From IMG/VR virus record IMGVR_UViG_3300016467_000213, positions 1 to 36,517 of that record: a DNA stretch of 36,517 bases; one strand, 5' to 3'. Source of the stretch: a virus. Lineage: Duplodnaviria; Caudoviricetes. The position numbers and the translations under genes were made by a program. This document shows, one piece after another, positions 34,956-36,517 of this stretch. A model generated the notes under the pieces. That model was not told where the DNA came from. It saw only the letters and a list, made by a program, of their open reading frames with translations, and did not search any database. The first letter of the stretch is position 1, and each line of letters begins with the position of its first letter.

Positions 34956-35221
34956 GCCCACTTGTCTCCCAGCAGCTGCTGACGGCAGACCTCGATCGCC
35001 TGCTGCGCGTTCTTCTGCGTCATCACCGACTCGGTGGTATCCATCGCACGCACCACGCGGTCAAGCAGATCCGGGTAGTAGGTGTCGCGGAAGTTAGCGG
35101 CCAGGTCGCGGCAGAACTCCTCCCACAGGCCGGTGTAGGTGCTGCAGGTGCGGCCGCTGCGTTCATACAGCGCCTCCATCATGTCGGCGCGTTGCTGGTC
35201 GAGAAACGTGGCGTGGGTCAT
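34952..35221 (-). CDS. Hypothetical protein
   Basis: Coupled ORF; LYERSGR...YTGLW. Confidence 0.75.
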   Translation of the reverse strand: MTHATFLDQQRADMMEALYERSGRTCSTYTGLWEEFCRDLAANFRDTYYPDLLDRVVRAMDTTESVMTQKNAQQAIEVCRQQLLGDKWA

Positions 35222-35415
35222 TGGTCAAGCATTTGGCGAATGTTTAACAGCTCAGCGCAGAGCTGCTCACGGTTACGGATGCCGGCGATCCCGCGCAGCT
35301 GGTCGATTCTGATGTCGATCAGCTGCTGCAGCCGGTGGCGCTCATCATGGCGACCCTGCTGGTAGGTGCCGCTATCGGTGAGCAGCTGGTTGATGCGGTC
35401 GCGGATCTCACTCAT
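35218..35415 (-). CDS. Hypothetical protein
   Basis: Coupled helical ORF. Confidence 0.7.
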   Translation of the reverse strand: MSEIRDRINQLLTDSGTYQQGRHDERHRLQQLIDIRIDQLRGIAGIRNREQLCAELLNIRQMLDQ

Positions 35416-35749
35416 CGGGCAGAGCCTCCAAAGCGCGGCGGATTTGAGACAGGTCGCAACCCAGCCCGTGCATGGACAAATCTGCGTTGAGCGTGTCCAA
35501 CTGGAGCAGCGCCTGCTCCTTCAGGCTCGGCGGCTTGGGGCGGCGTGCGGCGCGGAGCTGGCGCAGCGTCTCGCCAGTCAAGAACCCGTCTGCCAAATCC
35601 AGCAGCGCCTCCAGCTCCTGATCAGCGCCCCAGCGGGCGGCTTGGGTGGCGACGTAAAACTCTCGGCTAAACGGATCAGTTAAGGGGCAATCGCAGGACC
35701 ACTCTTGCGTTAGCTCAGGCGGGGGAGTGATCGGGTGCTCTGTCGTCAC
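35408..35749 (-). CDS. Hypothetical protein of a type I recall from cyanophages
   Basis: HPITPPPEL...AARWGADQELEA...RAARRPKPPSLKEQAL. Confidence 0.75.
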   Translation of the reverse strand: MTTEHPITPPPELTQEWSCDCPLTDPFSREFYVATQAARWGADQELEALLDLADGFLTGETLRQLRAARRPKPPSLKEQALLQLDTLNADLSMHGLGCDLSQIRRALEALPDE

Positions 35750-35985
35750 GCCACCTCCACCTCAGCACCCGGCCAGCGGGCTTGTGCGTACCGGATCGCG
35801 TGCCGCTTGCTCTCGGCGCGCGTGATCCAGGTCATCGGCTGGGCACCCTGCGGGTAGATCAGCAGTTTGAACTCCTTGGTGCGCGCCTTCGGCTTTGGCC
35901 GGCTGATGCCGTCGCCGTGCTTACTGGTGGGGGCATCCTCCTGCCATTGCCACGGCAGCATCGTTCCGATTGGTGCGTCAGGCAT
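35746..35985 (-). CDS. Hypothetical protein
   Basis: Coupled ORF ending AESKRHAIRYAQARWPGAEVEVA. Confidence 0.75.
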   Translation of the reverse strand: MPDAPIGTMLPWQWQEDAPTSKHGDGISRPKPKARTKEFKLLIYPQGAQPMTWITRAESKRHAIRYAQARWPGAEVEVA

Positions 35986-36151
35986 GGCAGTTCGGGTCGG
36001 TGACGGTTTCAGGGTTCAGCCATTCGATCTCAGACCACCACGGCAGCCAAGTGTCGGCGGCGATCAGCTTGGCCTCGGTCAGGCTGTGCGCCGTGACGCA
36101 CTCGATCACGTTGGCGGCCTTGATCTGGAAGTAGAAGCGGCGCTCAGTCAT
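35978..36151 (-). CDS. Hypothetical protein
   Basis: MTERRFYFQIKAANVIECV.A.SL.EAK; ATGA coupling. Confidence 0.7.
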   Translation of the reverse strand: MTERRFYFQIKAANVIECVTAHSLTEAKLIAADTWLPWWSEIEWLNPETVTDPNCHA

Positions 36152-36393
36152 GCCTGAGCCTCCAGTTCGTCGGCCATAGCTGCGATGTAGCCGTGCATGA
36201 ATTGATGAGCTGCAAACACGCCGGCATCGGCATCTGTATCGCCTAGCGGTTGATCCATGCGGAAAAACTCTGCAATGACGCGAAGGGATGCAGCAAGGCC
36301 AACCTGCTCGGGGTCCTTGGTCAGCCAAGTGAGTTCGACTTGATTTTTGAAAGCATCCAGCACTGCCTGAGCAGTGGGTGACAGTTCAGTCAT
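36148..36393 (-). CDS. Hypothetical protein
   Basis: MTELSPTAQAVLDAF...LAASLR...MADELE. Confidence 0.75.
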   Translation of the reverse strand: MTELSPTAQAVLDAFKNQVELTWLTKDPEQVGLAASLRVIAEFFRMDQPLGDTDADAGVFAAHQFMHGYIAAMADELEAQA

Positions 36394-36517
36394 GGCGCAC
36401 CACCTGCTGCGTGCCGGAGTGGGTGGGTGCGTGATGCGCGCCGGATTCGATGCCGATCATGGCAAAGACGGCTGCGGCAATCAGGACACAGATGGCGTTG
36501 TTGATGCGGTTGATCAT
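36386..36517 (-). CDS. Small membrane or secreted protein, 43 aa, starting at the join
   Basis: MINRINNAICVLIAAAVFAMIGIESGAHHAPTHSGTQQVVRHD. Confidence 0.65.
   Translation of the reverse strand: MINRINNAICVLIAAAVFAMIGIESGAHHAPTHSGTQQVVRHD

Noticed and set aside
1-36517. tRNA genes, CRISPR array, stop-codon reassignment
   Set aside because: No cloverleaf or T-loop motifs or spaced repeats were found by eye, and all core genes are intact in the standard code

Overview
The window reads as a complete, circularly permuted genome of a GC-rich lambda-like siphovirus. The first 22 nt equal the last 22 nt, giving a unit length of about 36,495 bp. The host is probably a picocyanobacterium (Synechococcus/Cyanobium); this is inferred from an NblA-like gene, HLR1-like boxes and the style of the lysin and small ORFs. 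Gene order: leftward early and recombination genes (SSB-like, HTH, RecT, RecE); rightward replication genes (SF2 helicase, VRR-NUC, RepB-type primase fused to a D5 helicase) and a putative origin; a lambda-like cos site; ParB-methyltransferase; terminase; portal; fused prohead protease-capsid; tail genes with a G/GT frameshift, tape measure and M-L-K-I-J; two fibres; a lysis cassette; dCTP deaminase; an HNH nuclease; and a long leftward run of small ORFs. No intact integrase or CI repressor, tRNA or CRISPR array was seen. Most notable: (1) an NblA-like phycobilisome-degradation adaptor back to back with a stand-alone NrdR-like Zn ribbon; (2) a duplicated ~30-bp early promoter, each copy carrying an HLR1/RpaB-like direct repeat; (3) a bacterial surface-protein-type repeat inserted into the Cys region of tail protein L; (4) an intergenic element with perfect pseudoknot pairing; (5) a probable integrase C-terminal relic. 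All family calls come from motif recognition by eye, not database searches.
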